Positions 28,801-40,600 of a stretch of 64,000 bases of DNA are shown here, piece after piece; position 1 is the stretch's first letter, and every line of letters starts with the position of its first letter. A program made the position numbers and the translations under genes. The stretch covers positions 32,001 through 96,000 of the IMG/VR virus record IMGVR_UViG_3300021139_000002; one strand, written 5' to 3'. Source of the DNA: a virus. The notes below the pieces were generated by a model. The model was not told the origin of the DNA. It saw nothing but the letters and a program-made list of their open reading frames with translations, and did not search any database.

Positions 28801-31800
28801 TCCAATTTATTTTTAGCTCGTTAATAAACAAATCGTTCTTCAATGCTTTAATAATGTATTCAAGTTCTGTGTCAGGTGTTTGATCATACAATGTTTGATC
28901 ATAGGTATTAAGATTATCCCAATTTAGCAAGCTGTTTGAAACATCCCAAATATCACTATTAAACTGGATTGTTCCATTTTGTTTATAGACTAAATCGTAT
29001 CCATCTCCATAACTACCTAAGACACCATCGGCGGCTTTTCTTAGCACAATATAATTGCCGTCACCGCCATTGTTAACTTTAACATATTGGCCTTCGACCG
29101 TAGATACAGAACTAAGTTCATAAGGACTACCGATGACCGCAGTATAAATTTGATATTGATTATAATCTACACTTGCATAGTCAACATAGTCCCAATACAA
29201 TGTTGTATCATAGCTTTGTGTATGGGCCCTGTTCCAAGAATAGGTTACATAATCCCATTCGTATTGAGACCACTTACCATTATAAGTATCATCACTTTGT
29301 ACAATAACCGTTTGAGGACGAGCAATTAATCTAAATTTAGAACTGAATCCGTTACCAGGATGTATAATTGATGCACTTATGATGCTACCGTGTTCGTTGA
29401 CAACGGTTTTCATTTCAAATCCAGAACTATATGTATTAGGAACATCGCGGGTAAGGAAACGAGTTCTTAAATCATCAAACGTAGTCGTTGCATTGTCGAA
29501 TATAGTTTCATACAAGTCGTTAGCAATAGTAAATGTAGGTCCTTCGTAACCAATAACGGTCCCTGTTGAACTATATACAGGATTTAGTGTTCCATATCCG
29601 TATCCAGCATCTGCAATTTGTACAAGCTCAATAGATCCATTTGCATTTGGTGTGCAGTTAATTATAGCCTGTCTATATCCAGATGTATCAATTGATGTTA
29701 AAGATGCATTATCTTCTACCAAATTATCGTATGTATTCCCGTATTGGTTAGGAATTTCTTCCTGTGCATTTAAGTTTTTAAAACTATACTTGCCAGTAAC
29801 AGGAATATTAATTAAAACATTATTTGAAAATTCAATAATATTTCTTAATGCCGCATGTCTATCGTTAAACATTGTTTGACGAGGACGAACTGATGTTCCG
29901 TAACGTGTTCTTTCAGATAATGCAATATCAGGAACTATGTTACCAAACTTGTCATGACCTAACAAGCTATCTATCAGTTTCTGTTCAAGACTTAACGGTG
30001 GCATGTTAACTGCATCGCCTTCTTGAAGCAATTTCCATTGAGTGTGTCTCGGTGTAACTACAGAAGAACTAGAAGAATCTTGTGCAATATTAATACTGAT
30101 AGTATTTCCTACTGGAATATTTCCTACGTTGCTCAACATAATAGCATCTTTTGAAATAATAGATGCAAAACTTAAACCATAAGCTGATGGATCTGCAATA
30201 GCAGATGCTACTGCATACGAACTTAGTCGTCTATCTTTATGTAAAGGTACCGTTACTTTATTCTTAACCCAGAAATAATAAACATTACTAAAAGTATTTG
30301 TTATTGTATCGTAAACTTGCTTAACAGAAATAACACTATTATCAACAAACTTAGGCTGACCACTAATTCCTTTTGCAAGACCTGCTGGAGTATCCGCAAT
30401 AGCTGCCCAAGCACTAGGCAACATTGTAGAGCTTACCCATTCATATACGTCGATGGTTGCTCCTGGGAATAATTTACCCCAATTGTTTTTACGATATTCA
30501 AGGTCTCCTTGTTCATACCAAACGTATTTGGCTGTACTCAAATCCCACCATAATTCGCCAACATGGTCATCTAACCAATTTTTGTCTGTGTTGTTATTTG
30601 TTCCAGCAACACCAATAGAGTAAATTGCAGGATCGCTGATAAGTTTATATGTTAACTCTTGTTCTGCAATGCCTGGAATCTTACCTTTCAGAGGATCAAA
30701 CAGATCTAGATAGTTAATTATTTTTTCTTTTTCAGTATCAATAATTGCTATTCTACTTATAGGACTGATATCAGTAAACGTATCTTGTTCTACAATTTTG
30801 CTTAGACTATTTGTGGTTGTATCAATTTTATCAAATACAAAGAATCCAGATGAGATACTAGTATTGTCAATTGCAGGAGCACCAGCAATTACTTCAGTAT
30901 CGTCAACGACAATAGATTTTGCAAAATTATTACCATGAGTCGTTAAAATATAAGAATCAGTTAGTTCTTGACTATATACAAACCTAGCAGACTTTTTGTA
31001 ATAAACATAGATAGTTCCTGATCCTACTTCAGTTCCTTTTATCTTTGTAATATTGCCGTCAAACGTCATATTACTACTATCAAATGTTGTGTTTAATGTA
31101 CGATTAATACCGGTTGCAGAAACAATCAGTGTATCATTTCCTATTGTAATATCCATCGAAGAACCAAAGTGCATACCTTGCCCTGCTACAGGATTATATA
31201 ATGTTTGATCTAAAACAAATGTACCATTAACATTTTTATATACTGAAACTTGCCCGTACGATCCGTCAGCATTACCTACAAACATATACGTGCCATCAGG
31301 GCTAACATTAATAGAAGTATTAGCAATATTAATTGTTTGAATGTTGGTTAAAGATTTGTTATAAATTTTAACCAAATCACCATTACCAATTGCAATAATT
31401 GTTGCATCTTCGGAACCAGACAAGGCAGTAATGTTTAATTCAGATGCTACCTTTGACAGATATGTTACTGATATAGTTCCCCCATTGTCTTTAATTTCAT
31501 ATGCATATACTGCATTATTTGCACCAATCAATACAAGTTTATTTTTTGTATTTCTTTCAACAAAAATAAATTTTCCAAAATTAGTCGAGTTATTGTAATC
31601 TGGGTTTCCTACATAAGCAAATACACCTTCTGAGAATATATTTGTATTAATGGAACTTATTTTTACAATACCATGAGTTACTAATGGAGCACCTACAAAT
31701 ACCAATCCGTATCTTGTTCCAGTAAAAGGAGTATCATCATAAACTATCGTACTGCCGAAACCGGTAGGTACATAAGAATAACTTGTACCAATTCTCCATC

Positions 31801-34800
31801 TAGCTATTTCTTGGTATGAACCGTCAGCTTTTTCATATAAACGACAAATTCCGTAGTATAAAGAATTATAATTAACAGGATCGCCTACGACCAATACATT
31901 ATCGCCTTTTCTCTTGCTGATTGCATATCCAAGTTGTTCGTGTGAAGATAATGACAATGTAGGAGTTGTATTATAATTATTAATTTTTTCGTATACCTCC
32001 CAGTTAGTTGTGTCAGAACCATCTATCCAAAATTTTGTTCCGTTTGAAAATCTAAACAGCACATTATCGGCAGGCAAATTATCAAAACTAGTTTTTCTTA
32101 CACTTTCAAAAACATAAAGCTGTCCCGGAGTAGGTAATGGTGCATCAGTAATGCTTGCTAATGTACTTGGTACCGTAAATTGTCTTGCATTATCAACGCT
32201 GGTTATTCTGTATATTCCGTCGACCTGTGAGTTAAATTGATTGATACCAACTAATTGTCCAACAGATAGTCCGTGAGGGTATTGTGTTGTAAATGTTATA
32301 CTGCTCACTGGAGCACTTACATAGACACCAACTACGCCCACTGGGTAGTATGTATAACGGTATACATCCCAATCACCGTCTTGTTTGAATCCTAACCAAA
32401 TAGTATCACCGTCTTTTAACTGACTGCTATTTGCAATATCTAGTAAACTATTTTCGTTATAAGCAGTTGCAGTAACATCGCTTAAACGTACATAGCCTGA
32501 ATGTTGTAACAATAATGAATCAATGCTAGATGTTGTTGCAAATGTTGCTAACGGATCGTAATTGTTAGGTGTTATAGTAAGATCACTAGGCAACACATAA
32601 TGAATTAAATCATTTGCATGAGCAGTAGGCAGCTCAGATACAAAGTTAATGATTTGGGGATTTTCTAAGAATGTTCCTTCAATTAATGGTGTTTCTAATT
32701 CTTGATAAGTTGGATAAGATCCGAACTCACCAACTCTAAATGCCCATTCTTCTGTATAACTTATGTCGCCCTTTAATGACTGAATGCTAGACTTTGAAAG
32801 TCTGTTAATAGCATTTTGCGTTCCCTTTTCTCTAATGAATCCTTGATAGAATTTATATTGTGCAACAGGGTCAGTAAAAATATTGTTTAGATAAGGGCGA
32901 GGAGTATAACCTGTCAAATGCTGTGCCATTTTTTGCTGACCGGCATCAAAGTTATCAGTATCGAGACTATAGAAATCTTCAAATTGTCCAATCTTATAAT
33001 CAAAGTTTGGAAGTAGACCAGCTACAGGTTTTTCGTTTAAAATATCCCATTTTGTAAAATCAAAAGCAGAAGCACGTTCTACATTTTGATTTGCAGAATA
33101 ATAGTTACCATTGAATCGAACAGCAGTACCGACATAATATGCGGTATTAGGAGTCCAGTCAAATACTTCGCCAGTGTCATAAACAAATCCAGGACTTGCA
33201 AAATCACCAGCCCAGTTGGCTGTTCTAAAACCAGATAATTTTACTCGACGTTGACGACTTCCTGTTTCAGGATTAAAAATGACATCATTAAAGATTGTGT
33301 AATTATTAAAAACAATAACGTGTTCTTTTTGTACTAGGTTTAGTCTTACAAAATATACCCCGTCGGTATTAGGATTTGTAGCAACCGTACAGATACCGTC
33401 AGTTCTAGAAATGTTTAAATCAGACTGAGGGTACGCAGTTGCATCAGCTCTTAAAACGCTGTATTCATAAAATCTATCAAATAGATTATCAACTACTGCA
33501 TTAGTTCCTTTGTACTTTAATGTATTTGCAAAAGGGCTTAATGTTAAGACGCTGCCGGTTGCCCATGCTTGGGTAGACCAGAATAAAAATTCACTGGCGG
33601 TTAAATTCCAATCTAGTGTTGTTCCTAAATCAGCATTGTATTCGTCAAATATAAAACCTTGGCTCTCTAACCAACGTCCGTAACCTATAATCAAATCATA
33701 CACATCTTGTAAATTAGTGTATGTTGTTCCGTATAGAACTTTTGTTACAGATGTGTCAAATGCTGCCGCTGCCTGAACGGTTGCGCCGCCTGTTGTAGGT
33801 AATCTAGGTACAGACTGGAAGTAAGAACTTTCAAATGTAGAACCAGAATTATGAGATACTAAAACTTTGTAAAATTTACTACCATACTGGACATATTGTC
33901 CTTTTTGGTAGAAATGTCCAGTTGCTGCCGCTGATGCAGTAACCGTATCACTGATGCTTAGACCTGATGTCGCTGGTGTTCCGCTCGGTGTCCATACTAC
34001 ATATTTTTCAGATACGCCACCTACGGTAATCGAAGGTGTGCCTAAATTTCTTAAAGGTTTGAATACATTAAAGTAAGCATCTTGCTTATCATAGCCTCTT
34101 ACAGAATAGCCGTTGTTTAATTTCTGAACAATTAAACCAGATGCCGCAATAGATAATATAGGATTGCTTGTATTAAATTTTAATGTATAATCTTGTAAAG
34201 GTAGAATAGCACCGGGTGCATTTGATGTAGGATCATATGCATCAATTACAATTTGTAAAGTACTCTTATCAGCAAAGCCATTTAATTTATAAAATAAGTT
34301 ATAGTTTGCATAACTCAAATCTTGTCTTAATTGACTGATGTAATCTTTGTCTCTTGCTTGTCCTATTTCAGAAACAAATACACTATATCCGCTAGTTAGT
34401 GTTTGATTTTCTCCGTGGATAGGTAAGTTACTTAATTTAAAAAACGAATCGTCTGTGGTAGAAATCCATTGCCCTGAAAGATTCTTAATAACTCTGCTAA
34501 CGTCGTAAAGTTTAGATGCGTAGGTAGCAGGCTTTGTTAATGCCAATAGTCGTTGAATTGCAAATGGGTAGTAACTACTTCTGTACCAAGCAGTCTCTGC
34601 TGGGCCAAGGTCTCCCACTTCCCAAGATTGACGTTTAGTTTCTTCAGTAATGTTAGTAACAAATTCTGTAGGATTTCTTAAACTACCTTCTGCATCAACA
34701 GGAATTATATTAGACAATCCCGGACGAGCATATAGTGAATTAACAACTCCGTTGATACTACCTGCTTCTAAATCTGTCCACAATGCTGTATTGGCGTTTG

Positions 34801-37645
34801 TATAAGGAGCAGCCCCATACAATGTTTCCCACCATGTTGGTTTTTCACTTAATCCTAACATCTCCCAAGGAGCTAGGTTAGGTTTATCTGTGTCGTACAA
34901 CCAGCGTAACAATCCTTTATAAGATCCAGACACCGGTGTATCTAGACTAGAGATATATCCATTATAAAAATTCCAAGTCTTAGATTGTGCAGGATCAAAT
35001 GTATTGTTTGAAACATAGTCAATACTAAATTTTGCAGCCCATCTTACAAAGTCGCCATCTAATATACCACTGACTTCGTCTTTAGAATAATCTGTAGTTC
35101 TAAATTGTCCAGGAATAGCTGAGTCAATATTAAACAATTCAGGACGGTAAGTTGCCTTAATGTTATTGTAGACACGTTTTTCAAACTCTAAAATAATAGC
35201 ATCTCTATAGTCGTTATAAGCAAGCATTATGCTGCCATCATGTCCTTGAATAACACGTTGTGGAACTACATAACTTGTATCCATAAAGATAGACGGAATG
35301 AACTTAGGATACAGGCCTAATTTTGTAGGAGTTGGAGGAATGTAAGAACCAGTAGTATCGGTATAGTCGTTGACAACTAATACATCACCAATTGCTAATG
35401 GTGCTAAAATTTCAATACTAGTTGTAGCAGTATTGAATACATAATCTTGTCCATAGACTAATTGTGTTCCATTTAGATATGGGTATACTGCACGTAGACT
35501 TAAAGATGTTAAATCAAAATCGCTATCTAATGGAAAAGAATTATTGTTTAAGTTAGCAATAGTCCATGTTCTAACTTTTTCTGCTGTCCCAAAACCAACC
35601 ATGTCAGATAGGTAATAAGAATCTGCATTTATTTTATTTTGATTTAGATCAAATAATACTTGGTCAATTACTTCAGCAGGAGATGTTTGTTCGCTTACTG
35701 AAATAATGCTATTCAATAAAGACAATTTAAATGTATTATAGCTATCTGCAGATTTTATAATTGCATCTACTAAATTGTGTTCTTTTTTCCCAATGAACAT
35801 CTGTGCGAAAGAGATAGGGTTTTCGTTAGATATTAACCGTGTTCCTAAATCAGTGTAATCTGCTCTATCGCGTACTGGAGTGATATCAAATAGCGGCGGC
35901 AATCTATCAATCATAGATTGTACATGTTCAGACAATTCGCTGATGGTAAATTCTGATACAAGGCCGTTTAATGGATTGTTGGTTAAACTTAATGGCTCTT
36001 CATAATAACTATATACACCTGTTGCTGTTGAAGATATTACAGGAATAGAATAATCTTGTGCCAAAGTCCAAGAGTTTTCATATTGACCGTCAATCTTAAC
36101 ATAAGAAATATTTGAAGAAATAGTATATGTAGGTTTAGAAATCTGACTCACAACAATTGTATCAGTTGCTAAATTGTTTTCAAACAGAATACTACCTACG
36201 GTTTCAATATTTCTATATGCAATAGGAAAGCCTAAATAGGTATCGTTTGCTCCTGTGCCTGGTGCATAACTAAAAATTTTGTTACCTATAAAGTTACTCA
36301 AATAATAATCTTTATCGCCGTAGCTGTGTCCATCTTGGTCAAATAAGTCAAATAATGGCGGTTGATTTAAAGTAGTTCTTTGTTGAGAAAATACCCAACC
36401 AGATCCATTATACCACCAGTCAGTGCTATTATTGTTATCGCCTAACAAAATAGTAATAGCAGCTCCGGTGCTGGGATTATGATCGTTAGCAGATTGTAAT
36501 GTTAATGTACGGACTCCGTTAATAACAACAAAATGTATTTGATAAATTTTTCCTTTAACGGCTGTATTCGTAGCGGCATTAAAAATAACACGCAAGCCTT
36601 CTTCTAATTCTACACCATCAACATACACAGGAGTTGTAGAACCTTCAATAGAATTATAAGGATCTAATGTAGTTGTATCAAGCAAATCAACTGGAAATAA
36701 TCCTGTTGTACCAAAATTAAACAATTGGATATCTGCTTTAAATTCAATAATAGGACGTTGGGCTCTACCTGTAGAAAAATTAGGAATAACGCCGTTTAAA
36801 GTTGCACTAGTTCTAATAACATCTTTGTGGACCCAACGGTTGTATCGAGACCAAGGATTTAAATCTGCACTGGCTCTGTTAATAGTAATGTATTCTTGAT
36901 CTAAGATAGGTAGTTCTCTATCGTTATCAAACGGTAAACTCTCAAAAGCTGAAGAGTCAAAGCCGTCTGGAGTAGGCGATAAGAAATTTTCAGAAATAAG
37001 TAGACTATCGTAAGGTACTAATTTAATAGCTGTGCCTACACCTTCTACAAAAAAACTTTTGTCATAAAAAGTAGGGTTTACATTATTTCCACTAAACTCT
37101 AATAACATTCCGTTTGAAAGATTTGTAGAAGTAGTTGTACCGTCCGGTAGCAACACATCAACAGAGGCAGTAGCGTGTCCTATTATGTTGTTAGCAACAT
37201 CTAAATTTGCGGTAACAACTTCAAGAAGTTCTGGGCCAGATGGCATCCAGTAATAATCTTGATAATTTACTAACTTGTCCCAATCGATATGAGAATTGTA
37301 TGAATAGAATTCTGTTCTAAATAATCTATCTAAATTGTCTGTTGAGCCGCCCTTGGCTGCAATTTCGTTAATTAAATCGTCGTAACCTTGTGTGGTTTGA
37401 ATGTTGCCTAAACTATCATAGGTTATAAGAGCAGGATCTAATTGATAAGGATTTCCGTTGCTGATATAGATATCAGCCGTAGAATTATATGTAGGTGTTT
37501 GTGTACTGCCTACGTATCCACTTAATCTTTCTATCTGTGGTTTCTGTATTAATTGATCAAGTGTGCTCGATAAGAATTTATTATTTCTATCTGTTCTTAG
37601 GTATTCTGGTAATAAATTAACCGAACTAATTTTGTTATTTGCCAT
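25862..37645 (-). CDS. Giant (~3,930 aa) baseplate/tail structural protein
   Basis: Uninterrupted 11.8 kb ORF downstream of the gp6-like gene, with beta-propeller-like FG..GAP repeats. Start placed at ATG 37645. Confidence 0.75.
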   Translation of the reverse strand: MANNKISSVNLLPEYLRTDRNNKFLSSTLDQLIQKPQIERLSGYVGSTQTPTYNSTADIYISNGNPYQLDPALITYDSLGNIQTTQGYDDLINEIAAKGGSTDNLDRLFRTEFYSYNSHIDWDKLVNYQDYYWMPSGPELLEVVTANLDVANNIIGHATASVDVLLPDGTTTSTNLSNGMLLEFSGNNVNPTFYDKSFFVEGVGTAIKLVPYDSLLISENFLSPTPDGFDSSAFESLPFDNDRELPILDQEYITINRASADLNPWSRYNRWVHKDVIRTSATLNGVIPNFSTGRAQRPIIEFKADIQLFNFGTTGLFPVDLLDTTTLDPYNSIEGSTTPVYVDGVELEEGLRVIFNAATNTAVKGKIYQIHFVVINGVRTLTLQSANDHNPSTGAAITILLGDNNNSTDWWYNGSGWVFSQQRTTLNQPPLFDLFDQDGHSYGDKDYYLSNFIGNKIFSYAPGTGANDTYLGFPIAYRNIETVGSILFENNLATDTIVVSQISKPTYTISSNISYVKIDGQYENSWTLAQDYSIPVISSTATGVYSYYEEPLSLTNNPLNGLVSEFTISELSEHVQSMIDRLPPLFDITPVRDRADYTDLGTRLISNENPISFAQMFIGKKEHNLVDAIIKSADSYNTFKLSLLNSIISVSEQTSPAEVIDQVLFDLNQNKINADSYYLSDMVGFGTAEKVRTWTIANLNNNSFPLDSDFDLTSLSLRAVYPYLNGTQLVYGQDYVFNTATTSIEILAPLAIGDVLVVNDYTDTTGSYIPPTPTKLGLYPKFIPSIFMDTSYVVPQRVIQGHDGSIMLAYNDYRDAIILEFEKRVYNNIKATYRPELFNIDSAIPGQFRTTDYSKDEVSGILDGDFVRWAAKFSIDYVSNNTFDPAQSKTWNFYNGYISSLDTPVSGSYKGLLRWLYDTDKPNLAPWEMLGLSEKPTWWETLYGAAPYTNANTALWTDLEAGSINGVVNSLYARPGLSNIIPVDAEGSLRNPTEFVTNITEETKRQSWEVGDLGPAETAWYRSSYYPFAIQRLLALTKPATYASKLYDVSRVIKNLSGQWISTTDDSFFKLSNLPIHGENQTLTSGYSVFVSEIGQARDKDYISQLRQDLSYANYNLFYKLNGFADKSTLQIVIDAYDPTSNAPGAILPLQDYTLKFNTSNPILSIAASGLIVQKLNNGYSVRGYDKQDAYFNVFKPLRNLGTPSITVGGVSEKYVVWTPSGTPATSGLSISDTVTASAAATGHFYQKGQYVQYGSKFYKVLVSHNSGSTFESSYFQSVPRLPTTGGATVQAAAAFDTSVTKVLYGTTYTNLQDVYDLIIGYGRWLESQGFIFDEYNADLGTTLDWNLTASEFLFWSTQAWATGSVLTLSPFANTLKYKGTNAVVDNLFDRFYEYSVLRADATAYPQSDLNISRTDGICTVATNPNTDGVYFVRLNLVQKEHVIVFNNYTIFNDVIFNPETGSRQRRVKLSGFRTANWAGDFASPGFVYDTGEVFDWTPNTAYYVGTAVRFNGNYYSANQNVERASAFDFTKWDILNEKPVAGLLPNFDYKIGQFEDFYSLDTDNFDAGQQKMAQHLTGYTPRPYLNNIFTDPVAQYKFYQGFIREKGTQNAINRLSKSSIQSLKGDISYTEEWAFRVGEFGSYPTYQELETPLIEGTFLENPQIINFVSELPTAHANDLIHYVLPSDLTITPNNYDPLATFATTSSIDSLLLQHSGYVRLSDVTATAYNENSLLDIANSSQLKDGDTIWLGFKQDGDWDVYRYTYYPVGVVGVYVSAPVSSITFTTQYPHGLSVGQLVGINQFNSQVDGIYRITSVDNARQFTVPSTLASITDAPLPTPGQLYVFESVRKTSFDNLPADNVLFRFSNGTKFWIDGSDTTNWEVYEKINNYNTTPTLSLSSHEQLGYAISKRKGDNVLVVGDPVNYNSLYYGICRLYEKADGSYQEIARWRIGTSYSYVPTGFGSTIVYDDTPFTGTRYGLVFVGAPLVTHGIVKISSINTNIFSEGVFAYVGNPDYNNSTNFGKFIFVERNTKNKLVLIGANNAVYAYEIKDNGGTISVTYLSKVASELNITALSGSEDATIIAIGNGDLVKIYNKSLTNIQTINIANTSINVSPDGTYMFVGNADGSYGQVSVYKNVNGTFVLDQTLYNPVAGQGMHFGSSMDITIGNDTLIVSATGINRTLNTTFDSSNMTFDGNITKIKGTEVGSGTIYVYYKKSARFVYSQELTDSYILTTHGNNFAKSIVVDDTEVIAGAPAIDNTSISSGFFVFDKIDTTTNSLSKIVEQDTFTDISPISRIAIIDTEKEKIINYLDLFDPLKGKIPGIAEQELTYKLISDPAIYSIGVAGTNNNTDKNWLDDHVGELWWDLSTAKYVWYEQGDLEYRKNNWGKLFPGATIDVYEWVSSTMLPSAWAAIADTPAGLAKGISGQPKFVDNSVISVKQVYDTITNTFSNVYYFWVKNKVTVPLHKDRRLSSYAVASAIADPSAYGLSFASIISKDAIMLSNVGNIPVGNTISINIAQDSSSSSVVTPRHTQWKLLQEGDAVNMPPLSLEQKLIDSLLGHDKFGNIVPDIALSERTRYGTSVRPRQTMFNDRHAALRNIIEFSNNVLINIPVTGKYSFKNLNAQEEIPNQYGNTYDNLVEDNASLTSIDTSGYRQAIINCTPNANGSIELVQIADAGYGYGTLNPVYSSTGTVIGYEGPTFTIANDLYETIFDNATTTFDDLRTRFLTRDVPNTYSSGFEMKTVVNEHGSIISASIIHPGNGFSSKFRLIARPQTVIVQSDDTYNGKWSQYEWDYVTYSWNRAHTQSYDTTLYWDYVDYASVDYNQYQIYTAVIGSPYELSSVSTVEGQYVKVNNGGDGNYIVLRKAADGVLGSYGDGYDLVYKQNGTIQFNSDIWDVSNSLLNWDNLNTYDQTLYDQTPDTELEYIIKALKNDLFINELKINWNLLFFKAVKYALTEQKLLDWAFKTSFINVTNTSGELYQPPVYKLNDSSFFEDYINEVKPYHTQIRNFTTEYSVLEPTYTDIIEQDRVSTIELKFDRTSYVGQSGGFEVVDTFIADGITSEFVLGWVPAFNKTGISVKINSVISLSSEWTIDYYEQPYNGYSKKFAKLVFVNNAPANNATITIKYKKSADILNATDRILAYYTATNGMIGLDLTVLMDGISYPGTLVDGQRFVNPYGGVYPYSNIEGGTWNADGRVSALGTNPEDITLSGELGFINTASGHAPEELLPGFAIDTLGINVYTQGPAQAPTIVTGYFDVSPSADLQYYPLPMLPVTVDSISVILNGTILECAPIMPGALSFEIDWVGQRLIIPPQVSSGKLSYSMVGVGGGTNNFGLIDSESVITTNSSVGIVSSGYLANIVKDVYVTVNGIPTSDYVLDVSANNRGPAVVTVNGLDSSQGNAVQAWFFTESHSNFNQIIDQQFVASSTSSMTTFTLNVEGDYIVEKIVNGVANRLLTSKNEYTIVGSTLTISVHLNPGDLIKVVTFIDTTGKMGVDIENFVGNPNRRFIMNRPVSNDIYMWVSIIHQNDTVSGLINGIDYILLDDNVTVQISDSWNISNLDTVEIISFKSPQYIDTVLGYRIFNDLLGHTTFTRLSKANTTYLTKPLAPDDTEIYVADATVLTAPTETTPGVVLINAERIEFNQITVASGGYKLDEITRGTLGTGVSPHLLYGSKVVDQGTLQVLGNPEAVSIQYIFTTATNSVYHISTSSYTSPVPGTTATIASAGIKLVDSLPYNDQLEVYYGGRQLRKSPIFVHDTTIAYDSIDESYIQGTTSDLSTQSAMLNDAYILVSSGQVWQYVGNRSTNVQYPGWVYTGLTELPQEFTVAHNNTQTIQLNIVVESNIELAIVKKSALSNTFNTVVSPGVTLPLWESSTTIAGQLKQFPTELPNSYYYEGDIVLRDQNGVPLTDENGSILTGRT

Positions 37646-37652
37646 ATTTCTC

Positions 37653-40600
37653 TTATCCAGCAATTAAGGTTGTATTCAATTGTGCGGCTGTGATAGCATC
37701 GATTACTGCAATATCTGATGCTCGGGCACCGCTTATAAAAATTTCATTACTTTGACATGTAACTTCGTATAAACTACCAAAGTTATTAACAACAGGAACA
37801 ATGACAAAGTTTGTAATATCAGGAGTTAACAAATTCATGATATAAGTCGACAACTCACTAAAGTGGAAACTTTGTCCAAAATCCCAGTTTTCTAATGCAA
37901 AGAAATTATTAATACCTTCTAGTATTTTAGAAATAATCTCGTTGTCACTGATTGTACTAGAAGAACTCTTAACCGCTTTAAACTTAGCCTGTAAGTTAAT
38001 ATCGGCGGAGGTTCCAAATAATACCTTATATGTAACTGGTTGATATATTATTTCATCACTAATTGATTTAATAGGATCAAGTATATTTGCATAGTTATTA
38101 TCAAGACTTTGACTAGATGGTGGTAGTGGTTTGCTACCCGATCCTGTTAGTAACCAATTTCTAAAACTTGTATCGTAATCACTAGTAAGCATATAGACAT
38201 CTATTAAATTACTCTTGCTAGGATCAATTCTGTATTCTTCTCCACTATTATGTTGGTAGTGAAAACTTAAATCAGCACGACCGGGGTATGCTACATAGTT
38301 ACTGGCCAAGACAAATTCATTAAAAGAATCTACCGTCTTAACGGTATTTGTATCAACAAAATAGTAAAGGTATTCAGTATCTAATATGTTACTATAATGT
38401 CCTCTTGCCGCATTCTCGGATGAAAAAACAACATATTGATCAGTACTAACTGGAGTTAAACTCATGCCATCAGTTGTAAACTCAAACACCGCATAACCGT
38501 CCGACGTTCCAAGGTCATTAGAACTTCCTACAATATTTGCAAAGATATCAGGGTCTACTAATTGTCCTACGGTGCCGCTATCTTGATGGTTATAAAAACT
38601 TACTTCGACTCTAGATGGATCAACATATCCGTCTACTTCTATAATAGGTCCATTAATTTGCCAAACATAATCAGAACCTAAAGATTCGTTAGTTCCAGTT
38701 TTTGTATTAATAGACAACACCGTAATTTTATCTTTAACTACAGAATTATTGGTATAGTCAAAATTAACATCATTAGGATCGCTGTAGAAACCTGTTTGAT
38801 TTACACTTTGGAAAATAAAAGATGTTGTTCTATATCTAACTTTATATTCAGCTCCAGTCCATGTAAATGCAACCATCCAACTTGAATCTTTGTTTGCGTT
38901 GGTAACATCTCCTTGATATTCAAAACTAAAATCATTTACTAGATCTAAGTTTGTATCTTCAATAATCATCCAAGATCTTAAAGAAGAATCAAATCGTAAA
39001 CCAAAATTTCTTTGTGTTAGGCATAGGTTAACTAGATCATTTTCAAAGGTATATGACAAAGTGTTAACAAACGCAGGAACAATTTCAACAGGAATAGATC
39101 CTTGGCCAGGTCGACTTCCTAGAATAATAGGGCCGGTGCCATCGGATAAATTTCCTTGTCCAACATTTGAACCATCCCCTATTACTTGTAATACCGTAGC
39201 CCAAATATAATCAACGGTCTTGTTTGTTTGTTGAGGAACAATTTTTCCGTTTGGTAAGAAATATTGCTGTGCTCCAGACGATGTCTTAGGAGGAACAAAT
39301 TTTATAATAGCACCAGCAGTGATATATTGTAGTACAGAACTCGTATACGTACCTACACTTTGTGGAACATTAACATTTAATCTTCTATTTTTAGAATAGA
39401 AAAATCCTCGACCTTGACCAGTTACTACATTTGACGAATTCCACTCATATGTAGGATCAATTAAATCAGAATTTAATGTGATCGATGCCATTCCTCTATA
39501 ATGATCTAAGTAAAAATTTAAGAAGTAGTTAGAATCAATTATAGGTTCCAATTGTTGTTTAACAACAGAAAAAATATCATTCCTAGAAGAGTATGTAAAT
39601 GTAAAATTCTTTTCTGTATTATCTTTATAAACAATACCGTCTATTCCAAATATATTTGTAGAACTATATTTTCCGCTCACATCACTTAATTCGAAATACT
39701 TGCTTACACCGCTAGATTCTCTGTTAACACTTTTTACTTTTAAGATATTACTGGTCAACGTCAACGGTGCAATATTATAATCCTCTCCTGTTACCATACG
39801 ATTCTGTGTATAATATGTTTGAGGAGCGTTCTTCTGTATGCTGGCATTTGTTTCCGGACCAGAACTATTAGAAATTGTATATTGTAAAGAGAATGTCACG
39901 GTCAACACATGATTTTGACCGCTCTTATTAGCATACGGAATACTAACAACAATCCCTGACATTTGGTCAGGCTTGATAGAATATGTCATTCCATTACTTT
40001 GACGATAAAATAATTGAAAATTACCTTTAGGTAAATTTCCAAAAGTACCGTCTGCAAAAGTTAAATCAATCTGATCGTTATCTCGACTGGTTACGCTATA
40101 AAGATTTCTAATTGTTTGATTTAAACTATTATAGATAACATTGTTGCCTACAAGCGCAGGAACTTTAGTCCAAGGTGCAGATGGGTAAGATCCGCTAGGA
40201 TCTAACTGCCATAACCATACATCAGTATCATTAATGTTGTTGATATTGATACCAATAATCTCGTTAGGTACAGGATTACTAATATTAAAACTAGTAACAC
40301 CTATGCTACCCTGTTTGAATAAGGCAAAAAATCCTGTGTTAGCACTTCCTGAACCCTGATTATCATTTTGAAATATGACTGAGAATTGTTCAGCTGGTTT
40401 TGGTGCTGTCTCATAAACATAGGGTTGGCCGCTAAACGTAGCAGGCACAATTTCAAAATTCATAGGAGTACCGTTGATGTTTTTTAAAAAACTAAAAACA
40501 GGTACATCTTGGTTTGTTGTGTTTAATTGGTATTGTTCTGTTAGTATGCCGTTTAATGTATTACGATCATTTGGTTTACCAAAAATTGTTACGCTCGGCA

